A stretch of DNA of 56,722 nucleotides. It comes from Myxococcota bacterium (GTDB lineage Bacteria; Myxococcota_A; UBA9160; SMWR01). Location of the stretch: positions 1 through 56,722 of the forward strand of contig JAZFWH010000208.1 in assembly GCA_036482635.1 (NCBI GenBank), given 5' to 3'. Under the pieces are notes generated by a model. It was given only the letters and a program-made list of their open reading frames with translations. It was not told where the DNA came from and did no database searches. This document shows positions 17,895 to 26,690 of this stretch, piece by piece (positions within the stretch are counted from its first letter, which is position 1; each line of letters begins with the position of its first letter). A program made the translations under genes and the position numbers.

Positions 17895-19969
17895 AGCTCC
17901 GCATCGCGTGTGCCGTGGGCTGTCTGATCGCCGGCGCGTGGGCGGCGGGCGCCGCGACGCGCTCTCCGGCCGCGCTCAAGCGCCTGTTCCCCCTCGAGGC
18001 GGAGATCCTGGCCGAACAGACCGGGCTCGTGCGACTCATCCTCACTCCGGAGGTCCTGGCTGCCGCCCGCCCCGACCTCTCGGACCTGCGCGTCTTCGAC
18101 TCGCGGGACCGGGAGCTCGCCTTTCTGCTGGACAGCGGCGGGAGCGCCGTCGAGGTCGAAGAGCGTTTCGAGCCGCGCGTGCTGGGTCTGAAGCGCGAAG
18201 AGCGGGAGCCTGAGCGGGGCCTCGCGACCACCGTGGAGAGCTACCAGATCGAGGCGCCGCCCGAAGCGCCGGAGCACGGCAGCTGGGAGCTCGCCTTCCG
18301 GGTGCGCGAGGAGCGCTTCGTGCGCCAGGTGACGATCGCCGCGCTCGCTGCGAGCGGCCGCGAGGAGACGCTCGTGGAGGCAACGCCCCTGTTCCGGCTG
18401 GACCCGGCCACGCACCTCACGCGCATCCCCCTGCCCGCCTTCGAGGCCAGCGCCCTGCGCGTGCGGATCGAGGGCGCCGAGGGCTTCTTCCTGGAGCCCC
18501 GCTTCGCCTTCGAGAGCCGGCGCACGCTGGGCCCGCTCGAGCGCAGCGTGGTGCCGCTGGAAGAGCTCTCGCGGGAGCAGCGCGACGGGAAGACCGTGGT
18601 CGAGCTGACCCGACCCGGCGGCATCGTGCCCGACCGCATCCGCCTCGAGACGAGTACGGGCTCGTTCGACCGGGGGCTGACCGTGTGGGACGAGCAACCG
18701 GGCCGCGCCGACACCCGGCTCGGCGCGGGCCGCGTGTTCCGCGTCGCCGCGCCCCGCGCCGTCGACCGGCTCGAGCTGGCGGTGCGCAGGGCAAAAGGCG
18801 CCACGCTGCGCATCGAGATCGAGGACGGGGACAGCCCCGCGCTCGAGGAGATCCGCTTCTCGGGAGTGGTGCGCCAGCCCGTGCTGATCTTCGAGCTGAA
18901 CGAAAGTCCCGGGACGCTGCGCTTCGGCGGCGGGCGCGCCCACCGGCCCCGCTACGACCTCGCCTCCCTGCTGCTGGGCGCGCGGCGTTCCATGTCGGGC
19001 CCCAAGGCCGAGGCGGCCGTCCGGCTCTACGACCCGGCGGAGCTGCCCGTGGTGCAGCTCGGCCCGGTCCGTCCCAATCCCGCCTTCGACGCGACGCCCG
19101 CCCTGAGCTTCGCGATGCACCCCGGGGCCGAGATCGATCCGGGCGCCTACAGCCACCGCAGGCCGGTCGAGATCGCGCCTTCCGACGAGGGACTCTCGCG
19201 CCTGCGCCTGGCCCCCGAAGACGCGGCGCTCTCGCGCGCCGACCTGGCCGACGTGCGCATCGTGGGCAATGACTCGCGGCAGTGGCCCTACCTGATGAAG
19301 CGCGACGCGTACTCGCAGCGCCTCGAGCTGGAGATCGACGAGGTCGAGACGCACAGGCGCACGACTACCTACCGGCTGGCCCTGCCGATCGCCCCCCTGC
19401 GCGTGGACCGGCTCACGCTGCGCTCCCCGGCGGCGTTCTTCGACCGACCCTACCGACTCGAGGGCATCGACGAGGACGGAGAAGCGCGGCTGCTCTCGCA
19501 GGGCCGCCTGGTGAAGGGCGCCCGCGACCCGAAGCCGGTGCGCATCTCGTTCGCCCGTCAAAGTGTTTACGCCTTCGAGCTCAGCATCGAAGACGGCGAC
19601 GACGCGCCGCTGGTGTTCGATGCGGTGCGGAGCCGCACGCGGCTTCCGGAAATCTTCCTGGTGGCGCCGGCCGGCCACTATGCGCTGCTGGTCGGCAACC
19701 CCGACGCCTCGCCGCCGCGCTTCGAGCTGGAGCGCGTCCGCGACGTGGTGCTGGCGGTGAGCGGCAATCCCGCCACGACGCAGCCGCTCGAGCCAAACCC
19801 CGCCTACAGCCTCGCCGCGCGCCTGCGCTCGGAGGGGGGCGCCAGCGAGCTGCTGCGCACCGCGGTCGTGTGGGGAGTGCTGTTGGTGGCCGTCGCCGTA
19901 CTCGCCACGCTCACCTGGCGCGTCGCGCGGCAGGAGCCCTCGGCCGCACCGCCCGACGGTGAGCGCTGA
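17891..19969 (+). CDS. secreted/anchored protein, DUF3999-like partner of DUF2339
   Basis: ATG at 17891 overlaps the DUF2339 TGA (ATGA). Signal peptide MKLRIACAVGCLIAGAWAAGA, ~640-aa soluble region, C-terminal TM VVWGVLLVAVAVLATLTW. DUF3999 assignment is from remembered neighbourhood and architecture and needs an HMM check. Confidence 0.6.
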   Translation: MKLRIACAVGCLIAGAWAAGAATRSPAALKRLFPLEAEILAEQTGLVRLILTPEVLAAARPDLSDLRVFDSRDRELAFLLDSGGSAVEVEERFEPRVLGLKREEREPERGLATTVESYQIEAPPEAPEHGSWELAFRVREERFVRQVTIAALAASGREETLVEATPLFRLDPATHLTRIPLPAFEASALRVRIEGAEGFFLEPRFAFESRRTLGPLERSVVPLEELSREQRDGKTVVELTRPGGIVPDRIRLETSTGSFDRGLTVWDEQPGRADTRLGAGRVFRVAAPRAVDRLELAVRRAKGATLRIEIEDGDSPALEEIRFSGVVRQPVLIFELNESPGTLRFGGGRAHRPRYDLASLLLGARRSMSGPKAEAAVRLYDPAELPVVQLGPVRPNPAFDATPALSFAMHPGAEIDPGAYSHRRPVEIAPSDEGLSRLRLAPEDAALSRADLADVRIVGNDSRQWPYLMKRDAYSQRLELEIDEVETHRRTTTYRLALPIAPLRVDRLTLRSPAAFFDRPYRLEGIDEDGEARLLSQGRLVKGARDPKPVRISFARQSVYAFELSIEDGDDAPLVFDAVRSRTRLPEIFLVAPAGHYALLVGNPDASPPRFELERVRDVVLAVSGNPATTQPLEPNPAYSLAARLRSEGGASELLRTAVVWGVLLVAVAVLATLTWRVARQEPSAAPPDGER

Positions 19970-19984
19970 ACGCGGCCGCCACGA

Positions 19985-20071
19985 GCCCGCTGAACTCCGC
20001 TCGGCTGCGCCTCGCTGCGCGCCCTTCGGGCTTGCCCGCTGAACTCCGCTCGGCTGCGCCTCGCTGCGCGC
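19985..20071. repeat. tandem direct repeat, 2 x 38 bp with an 11-bp spacer
   Basis: GCCCGCTGAACTCCGCTCGGCTGCGCCTCGCTGCGCGC occurs at 19985-20022 and identically at 20034-20071. A related copy lies at 50863-50893. Confidence 0.9.
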
Positions 20072-20072
20072 G

Positions 20073-20092
20073 GGCCGACTCTCGAGTCGGCC
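20073..20092. terminator. GC-rich hairpin between convergent genes (putative bidirectional terminator)
   Basis: GGCCGACT-CTCG-AGTCGGCC, an 8-bp perfect stem with a tetraloop, 2 nt from the MFS stop codon. No U-tract. Confidence 0.5.
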
Positions 20093-20094
20093 TG

Positions 20095-21453
20095 CTAACC
20101 GCTGGCAGGGGGGGGCGCGCCCCGCTCGTCGGGGAACACCGGCTCGCCGCTGATCGCCTCGAGCTCGCGCCGGTGGGTCTCGGGCAGGAACAGCACGCAG
20201 ACCCCGGCGAGCACCGACGCACCGGACACCCAGCTCACCACCCGCGCCAGGTCCGCGAAGGACTCGGTGGCCAGGCCAACGACGAACAGGCCGCCGGAGA
20301 ACCCGAACGCCTGGACCGCGATCATCAAGCCGCCGGCGCTGCCGCGGTGCGAGGTCGGGAAGAGCTCCGCGGCGAGGGCGCGCACCACGACGTCGCCGGC
20401 CGCCATGCAGAAGATGTAGAGCCCCCAGCAGACCACGAGAAACGCAGCGGGGCCGTTGAAGAAGAGCACCGCGAACAGCGGGGCGAACGCCAGACCGCAG
20501 AAGCCGATCAGGCGGCGACCGCTGCGGTCGCTGCCGCGCCCGCCCACCACGTTGCCGAACAACCCGATCAGCCCGCCCCCCACCACGAGCAGCGAGTACT
20601 CGCCGGGAGCCCAGCCGTGCTCGACCTGCACGAAGTAGCTCGTGTACTGGAACACGGCGATGCTGCCCATCGAACCGAACAACCCGGCCAGGCCGACGAC
20701 TGCCGCGCGGCGGGGGTGCGTGCGCACGAGCTCGACCAGCGGCTTCGCCCAGGCGCGCAGCCCGCGCTCGTCGCCGAGCCGCTCGGCGGCGTGTCGTTCG
20801 AAGCGATGCGTCTCGCGCAACGCGCGCCGGAAGAACGGCAGCAGCGCGAGGGGCGCAGCGCCCAGCGCGTAGAGCGCGCGCCAGCCGTAGGGCAGCGCCT
20901 CGATCGCGGCGTAGAGCCCCACGCCCAGGCCGTAGCCCACGCCGCCCAGCACGCCGAGCATGCCGATGGCAGACCCGCGCTGGTCCGCCGGGAACTCCTC
21001 CACCAGGATCACCACCGCGAGGGTTGCCCCGGTCAGCATGAACGCGCGCGTCATTATCTGGAGAGCGACGAACTGCAGCGGCGTCTGGCTGAAGCCGGTG
21101 GCGCAGGTACCGACGCTCATGCCGAACAACGAGAGCAGGAACATGCGGCGGCGCCCGGCGCGGTCGGCGAACGGGATCAGGAACAGGGCCCCCAGACCCC
21201 CCAGCCGGATCGCGCCGGTGTAGAAGCCCGTCTCGTCGGCTTCCATGCCGAGCCCCGCGGCGATCTGGGGCAGGGCGGAATTGATCAGGCCGATGTCGTA
21301 GTTCTCGAAGACCATGCCCAGGGCGACCAGTCGCAGCACGCGCAGCGGACCCCGCTCCAGGGCAGAGTGGCGCCCAAAGAAGAGGTCGAGAACGAGATTG
21401 CGGCGGGGCGGCGGGTCCGCGGCAGCGTGGGCGGGGTCCGGGGGGTCGGCCAT
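20095..21453 (-). CDS. MFS transporter
   Basis: 452 aa, ~12 TM. MFS loop motif FADRAGRRRMF between TM2 and TM3, and a second-half motif GGRGSDRSGRR. Confidence 0.85.
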   Translation of the reverse strand: MADPPDPAHAAADPPPRRNLVLDLFFGRHSALERGPLRVLRLVALGMVFENYDIGLINSALPQIAAGLGMEADETGFYTGAIRLGGLGALFLIPFADRAGRRRMFLLSLFGMSVGTCATGFSQTPLQFVALQIMTRAFMLTGATLAVVILVEEFPADQRGSAIGMLGVLGGVGYGLGVGLYAAIEALPYGWRALYALGAAPLALLPFFRRALRETHRFERHAAERLGDERGLRAWAKPLVELVRTHPRRAAVVGLAGLFGSMGSIAVFQYTSYFVQVEHGWAPGEYSLLVVGGGLIGLFGNVVGGRGSDRSGRRLIGFCGLAFAPLFAVLFFNGPAAFLVVCWGLYIFCMAAGDVVVRALAAELFPTSHRGSAGGLMIAVQAFGFSGGLFVVGLATESFADLARVVSWVSGASVLAGVCVLFLPETHRRELEAISGEPVFPDERGAPPPASG

Positions 21454-21571
21454 CGGCCCGACGTTAGGCGCTCAGTCCACCCAGTGCCGCAGGTTGCGCA
21501 CCACCGACGACGACGCCCAGCAGCAGACCCAGCAGAATCCCGGCGGAGAGGCTCACTCGGGCGCGCTCCGC

Positions 21572-21739
21572 CTACGCCAGTCCGTACAGGCGGGCACAGT
21601 AGAAGCGCCCCTCGCAGCGCCACGCGTAGCAGCCGACGCCCGGCAGCTGCGCGATCTGCAGCGCCCGCTCCCGGTAGGGCGGCTCCAGGTACTCGAGCCT
21701 CAGGTCATGCGGCTCGATCACGTGCATGTCGGAATCCAT
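21572..21739 (-). pseudogene. N-terminal relic of an amidohydrolase-2-family gene
   Basis: MDSDMHVIEPHDLRLEYLEPPYRERA matches the characteristic N-terminus of PF04909-type metal-dependent hydrolases (xIIDSDMHVIEPxDLWxxYLDPxYRDRAP), but the frame stops after 55 aa. Confidence 0.35.
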
Positions 21740-21901
21740 GATGCGAAAGCCCTGCTTGGCCACGAGCACTCCCTCGCGACGGAGCCGGTCGACGAGCCTT
21801 GCATGCTGCCACAGCGCGCGGGCAGCGACTCTGGAAAACGCGGCGCGCTCGGCGCCCCGCGCTGTGGATCGGCCCCGGGCGCTGTGCTTCCCTGTGGTGC
21901 C

Positions 21902-23179
21902 ATGCTCGATCCCCGCTGTCTCGCCGATCGCCGCGACGAGATCGTCGAAAGCTGCCGGCGACGGGGGGTCTCCGCGGACGTCGACGCCGCCGTCGCCGCT
22001 TACCAGGGGGTGGCTGCCCTCCAGACCGAGCTCAACGAGCTCAATCGCCGTCGCAACGAGCACCAGACCCGCGGCGTGGGAAAACACCCGCCCGCCGAGC
22101 GCGAGGAACACGTCGCCGAGGGCCGGCGTCTCAAGGACGAGGTGGCGAGCGCGGAGGGCCGACTCGCCGACGCGCAGGTCGCCCTGAGCGACAGCCTCGC
22201 GGACCTGCCGAACTTCGTGCACCCGCAGGCGCCGGTGGGTGGCGAGGACGACTTCCGGGAGCTGCGGCGGGTGGGCACGCCCAGAGACTTCGACTTCGCG
22301 CCCCTGGACCACCTGGCCCTGGGCGAGCGCCTGGAGCTGTTCGATTTCGAGGCCGGCGCGAAGGTGACCGGGCAGAAGTTCTACTACCTGAAGAACGCCG
22401 CGGTGCTGCTGGAACTCGCCTTGCAGAGACTGGCCCTCGACATCGTGATAGAGGAGGGCTTCACGCCGTTCAGCACGCCGGACCTGGCGCGCCGGGCGGT
22501 CGTCGATAGCTTCGCATTCAGCCCGCGCGGCCCGGAGACACAGATCTATTCGGTCGAGAACACCGACCTGGACCTGATCGGTACGGCCGAGATCACGCTG
22601 GGCGGAATCTACGCCGACGCGATCCTGGAGGAGGCCGCCCTGCCCCTCAAGCTGGGCGGCATCTCCCACTGCTACCGGACCGAGGCCGGCTCGCCGGGAC
22701 GGGAGAGCAAGGGCCTGTACCGCGTGCACCAGTTCACCAAGGTCGAGATGTTCGCCTTTACGCGCCCCGAGGACTCGGAGGCCATGCACGACCACCTGCT
22801 CGAGGTCGAGGAGCGCATCTTCCAGGCCCTGGAGATCCCCTACCGGGTGATCGACGTGGCGACGGGCGACCTCGGCGCCCCCGCGTACCGCAAGTTCGAC
22901 GTCGAGGCGTGGATGCCGGGCCGCGGCGAGAGCGGCGCGTTCGGGGAGGTGACGAGTGCCTCCAACTGCACGGACTTCCAGGCCCGCCGCCTGAAGGTGC
23001 GCTTGCGCCGCACCGGCTCCAAGCGCAACGAGCTGGTGCACACCCTCAACGGAACGGCCCTGGCGGTGCCGCGCACGATCATCGCCCTGCTGGAGAACCA
23101 CCAGCGGGCCGACGGGTCCATCGCGTTGCCGAAGGCCCTTCAGCCGTACCTGGGCCGCGAGAGCATTGAAGGCCCCTGA
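21902..23179 (+). CDS. serS: serine--tRNA ligase
   Basis: 425 aa from the ATG at 21902 within track ORF 21314..23179. N-terminal coiled coil. Class II motifs GQKFYYLK, GISHCYRTEAGS..GLYRVHQFTKVE, NGTALAVPRTIIALLENHQ. Confidence 0.95.
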   Translation: MLDPRCLADRRDEIVESCRRRGVSADVDAAVAAYQGVAALQTELNELNRRRNEHQTRGVGKHPPAEREEHVAEGRRLKDEVASAEGRLADAQVALSDSLADLPNFVHPQAPVGGEDDFRELRRVGTPRDFDFAPLDHLALGERLELFDFEAGAKVTGQKFYYLKNAAVLLELALQRLALDIVIEEGFTPFSTPDLARRAVVDSFAFSPRGPETQIYSVENTDLDLIGTAEITLGGIYADAILEEAALPLKLGGISHCYRTEAGSPGRESKGLYRVHQFTKVEMFAFTRPEDSEAMHDHLLEVEERIFQALEIPYRVIDVATGDLGAPAYRKFDVEAWMPGRGESGAFGEVTSASNCTDFQARRLKVRLRRTGSKRNELVHTLNGTALAVPRTIIALLENHQRADGSIALPKALQPYLGRESIEGP

Positions 23180-25103
23180 GCCCAGACTCGTCCTCGGCAC
23201 GGCGGGTCACATCGACCACGGCAAGACGGCGCTGATCCGGGCGCTGACGGGCGTCGACACCGATCGCCTGCCCGAGGAGAAGGCGCGGGGGATCACGATC
23301 GACCTGGGCTTCGCGCCCCTCGACCTGGAGGGTGGACTGCGCCTCAGCGTCGTGGACGTCCCGGGCCACGAAGGCCTGGTGCGCACGATGGTGGCGGGTG
23401 CCACGGGCATCGACCTGGTCCTGCTGGTCGTGGCGGCCGACGAGGGCGTCATGCCGCAAACGCGCGAGCACGTGGCGATCTGCGAGCTGCTCGGCATCAC
23501 CCGGGGCGTGGTCGCGCTCAGCAAGGTCGACGCCGTGGACCCCGACATGTGCGAGCTGGCCGCCGAGGAGGTCGCCGAGTTCCTGAGCGGCACCGGGCTG
23601 GCCGGCGCACCGCTGGTGCGCGTCTCCGCCACGACCGGCAGCGGGCTCGAGGAGCTCCGCGCGCAGCTCGCCACCGCCGGCCGGGCCGAACCGCTCACGG
23701 CCCGCTCCGGGCCGCCACGCCTCTGTGTCGATCGCAGCTTCGCGGTTCGGGGCTTCGGCTGCGTGGTCACGGGGACCCTGGTGGGAGGCTCGTTCGCGGT
23801 GGGGGACTCGGTGGAGCTGCTGCCGGCCGGGCGCGTGGCGCGCATCCGCGGCCTCCAGAGCCACGGGGTGGCGGCACAGCGCGGCGAGCCCGGCGCGCGC
23901 TGCGCGCTGAACCTCCAGGGCGTCGAGGCGCGGGAGGTCGCGCGCGGCGACGTGGTCGCGGCGCCGGGCGCGCTCGCGCCCACGCTCTGCGCCGACGTGA
24001 AGCTCTGGTGGCTGGACGTGGCGCCGCGGGCCGAGCGGCCGGCGGCGGTCGAGCTGCTCACCGGCACGGCCGAGCGACGCGCGCACGCGGCCCCGATCGG
24101 CGCGGAAGCTCTGGTGCCGGGCCGCGCCGGCTACGCCCGCCTCCAGATCGAAGGGGACCCGCTGCCGCTTCTACCCGGCGATCGCTTCATCGCGCGCGGC
24201 TTCGCGCGCACCGCCATGGGCGGCTCGACCCTGGGCGGCGGCGTGGTCCTGGACGTGGCCCCGCCCCACCGGCGCCGCAGCGATCCGGCACTGCTCAGCG
24301 ACCTCGAGGCGCTCGCGGACAGGGACGCGCAGACGGATCTGCTGGTGCGCATCCGCCGCACCGGGCTGGCCGGAGTCGATCGCACCCGGCTGGCCCGCGA
24401 GACGGGCCTCGCCGCGTCCGCCCTCGACGCGGCCTTCGCCGAGCTGGCCGGCGCGGGCAGCGCGGTGGCGACGCCGAGCGGCACCTGGCTCGCGCCCGCC
24501 GCACTCGAAGAGATCGAGCGTCGCCTGCTGGCCGCCCTCGACGCGTACCACAAGGCCGAGCCGATCCAGCCCGGCATGACCGCCGGAGCGCTGCGCGGCC
24601 GGCTGCCCGAGAACGTCGCGCCCGACGCGGCCGAGCTCGCCCTCGCGCGGCTCGACGAGCGCGAGGTGATCCACGTCGATGGAGACGTGGTGCGCCGCGC
24701 CCGACATCGGCCCACCCTCGGAGCGGCCGACCAGGCCCTGGTCGGCCGGCTGCTGGAGGAGGCGCGGGCCGCGGGCCTCGAGCCGCCCGCAGTCCGCGAG
24801 TGGGCCGGGCGAGTCGGCGCCAGCCCGGAGCACCTGCGCGAGCTGCTGGCGCACCTCGAGCGCGAGGGCCAGCTGGTCCGCGCACCGGGCGACCTGTGGT
24901 TCGACCGCGCCGCGGTCGACACGCTGCGCGAACGCGTCGAGGCCCATCTGCGCGAGCACGGCCGGCTCGAAACACCGGCCTACAAGACCCTGATCGGCAC
25001 CACGCGCCGCACGGCGGTGCGTCTGATGGAGCTGTTCGACGCCCAGCGCGTGACGATCCGCCGCGGCGACGCGCGGCTGCTGAGGTCACCCCGGGAGCGC
25101 TGA
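23166..25103 (+). CDS. selB: selenocysteine-specific translation elongation factor
   Basis: G-domain motifs [21 protein letters not shown], then a long C-terminal winged-helix extension typical of bacterial SelB. TTG start at 23166 overlaps the serS end by 14 nt. Confidence 0.85.
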   Translation: MKAPEPRLVLGTAGHIDHGKTALIRALTGVDTDRLPEEKARGITIDLGFAPLDLEGGLRLSVVDVPGHEGLVRTMVAGATGIDLVLLVVAADEGVMPQTREHVAICELLGITRGVVALSKVDAVDPDMCELAAEEVAEFLSGTGLAGAPLVRVSATTGSGLEELRAQLATAGRAEPLTARSGPPRLCVDRSFAVRGFGCVVTGTLVGGSFAVGDSVELLPAGRVARIRGLQSHGVAAQRGEPGARCALNLQGVEAREVARGDVVAAPGALAPTLCADVKLWWLDVAPRAERPAAVELLTGTAERRAHAAPIGAEALVPGRAGYARLQIEGDPLPLLPGDRFIARGFARTAMGGSTLGGGVVLDVAPPHRRRSDPALLSDLEALADRDAQTDLLVRIRRTGLAGVDRTRLARETGLAASALDAAFAELAGAGSAVATPSGTWLAPAALEEIERRLLAALDAYHKAEPIQPGMTAGALRGRLPENVAPDAAELALARLDEREVIHVDGDVVRRARHRPTLGAADQALVGRLLEEARAAGLEPPAVREWAGRVGASPEHLRELLAHLEREGQLVRAPGDLWFDRAAVDTLRERVEAHLREHGRLETPAYKTLIGTTRRTAVRLMELFDAQRVTIRRGDARLLRSPRER

Positions 25104-25166
25104 CTCCAGCCCGCCCCGCGCTCGCCCGCGAGCCGGACGGCCCGCGGCGGGCGCGGTGCCCGCCCG

Positions 25167-26690
25167 CTACGACGCGAAGAGCGGCTCGAGAGACTCGCGG
25201 GCCCAGTCGAGCAGCGGGATCTCTCCGAAGAAATAGATCGATCCGTCGTTCGGGAAGATCCCGAGGAACAGCACGGCGACCGCGCAGACGATCAGGACCA
25301 GGGCCTCGCCGGTCGCGATCTCCATGCGGGGCGCCTCCTCGCCAGGTTCCCGCATGTACATCAGCACCGGAATGCGCAGGTAGTAATAGACGGAGACGAC
25401 GCTCATCAGCACGCCCAGGATCGTCAGCCAGATGACGCCCGCGTTCACCGCGGCGGCGAAGATCGTGAACTTCGCCATGAAGCCCGCGGTGCCGGGGATG
25501 CCGGTGAGCGACACCATGAACAGGGTCATGAGAGCCGCCAGTCCGGGCCGCGAACGCGCCAGACCCGCGAACGACTCGATCCTCTCGCAGTCCTTCCCAT
25601 GGTTCGCGAGGGCAACCACCACGGCGAAGGCTCCCAGGTTCATGAACATGTAGACAATCAGGTAGAAGACCACGGCGGAGTAGCCCGCTGGCGTTCCCGC
25701 CACGAAACCGATCAGCAGGTACCCGGCGTGCGCAATGCTCGAGTAGGCGAGCAGCCTCTTCACGTTGTCCTGGATCACCGCCATCACGTTGCCCACCACC
25801 ACGCTGAGCGCTGCGATCACCCACAGCACGTTGGTCAGGGATGCCTCCAGGGAGCCGAAGGCCAGCAGCAGCAGGCGCAGCAGCGCCGCGAACGCGGCGG
25901 TCTTGACGGTCACCGACATGAAGGCGGTCACCGCGGAGGGGGCTCCCTCGTACACGTCCGGAGTCCACTGATGGAAGGGCACCGAGGAGATCTTGAAGGC
26001 GAAGCCGACGATGACGAGGCCGACGCCGATCAATGCCATCGGATTGGAGGGGTCGAGGCCGGCCCGAATCTCCGCGAAGGACGTCCCTCCGCAGGTCCCG
26101 TACAGCAGTGCCATGCCGTAGAGGAGGAGCGCACTGGCGAATGAGCCGATCAGGAAGTACTTCAGCGCGGACTCGTTGCTGCGCAGCTTGCGTCGGTCGA
26201 AGCCGGCCAGGACGTAGATCGGAACGCTCATCAGCTCGAGTCCGAGGAATACGGTGAGCAGGTCGATCGCCGTGACCATCAACATCATTCCAGTGGTCGC
26301 CAGCAGAATCAGCGCGTAGTACTCGCCGTGGTTGATGCGAAGCTCGGCGAGGTACGAAATGGAGAGCGCAATGGAGAGCAGTGAGGCGAGCGCGACGACG
26401 GCGCTGATCAGGGCAGAGAAGCGATCGAGCTGGAGCAGCGGGTGCGACGCGTTGAATACCTGGGTCGTTCCCCCGACGAACGCCCCCCAGGCCGCATACA
26501 GGGCGAGGGCCAGGAACGCCATCGACGCGAACCCGAGTACGCTGCCCACCCAGATGTCGGTGGCCTTCCTGCCCAGGACCGTGCTCGCACGCGAGAGAAA
26601 GACCTCTCCCATCAGGATCGCCATGGAGCCGATCGCAACGATGACGATCGGTAGAACGGCCGTCAGGTGTAACTCCGGCGGGGTGATCAC
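25167..26690 (-). CDS. nuoN: NADH-quinone oxidoreductase subunit N
   Basis: C-terminal 507 aa of track ORF 25167..29690. Motifs FHQWTPDVYEGAP and KRLLAYSSIAHAGY. GTG at 26690 overlaps the nuoM TGA. Confidence 0.9.
   Translation of the reverse strand: MITPPELHLTAVLPIVIVAIGSMAILMGEVFLSRASTVLGRKATDIWVGSVLGFASMAFLALALYAAWGAFVGGTTQVFNASHPLLQLDRFSALISAVVALASLLSIALSISYLAELRINHGEYYALILLATTGMMLMVTAIDLLTVFLGLELMSVPIYVLAGFDRRKLRSNESALKYFLIGSFASALLLYGMALLYGTCGGTSFAEIRAGLDPSNPMALIGVGLVIVGFAFKISSVPFHQWTPDVYEGAPSAVTAFMSVTVKTAAFAALLRLLLLAFGSLEASLTNVLWVIAALSVVVGNVMAVIQDNVKRLLAYSSIAHAGYLLIGFVAGTPAGYSAVVFYLIVYMFMNLGAFAVVVALANHGKDCERIESFAGLARSRPGLAALMTLFMVSLTGIPGTAGFMAKFTIFAAAVNAGVIWLTILGVLMSVVSVYYYLRIPVLMYMREPGEEAPRMEIATGEALVLIVCAVAVLFLGIFPNDGSIYFFGEIPLLDWARESLEPLFAS

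Noticed and set aside
19985-20071. Tandem repeat as a possible CRISPR array.
   Set aside because: There are only two units with an 11-bp spacer, no cas genes, and a unit length and spacing unlike CRISPR. A related single copy elsewhere fits a REP-like element better.
25104-25166. The gap after selB as the location of tRNA-Sec (selC) or a SECIS element.
   Set aside because: It is only 63 bp, with no acceptor/T-arm-like features and no UCA anticodon-loop context. It looks like a GC-rich dyad between convergent genes (a possible terminator, too irregular to call).
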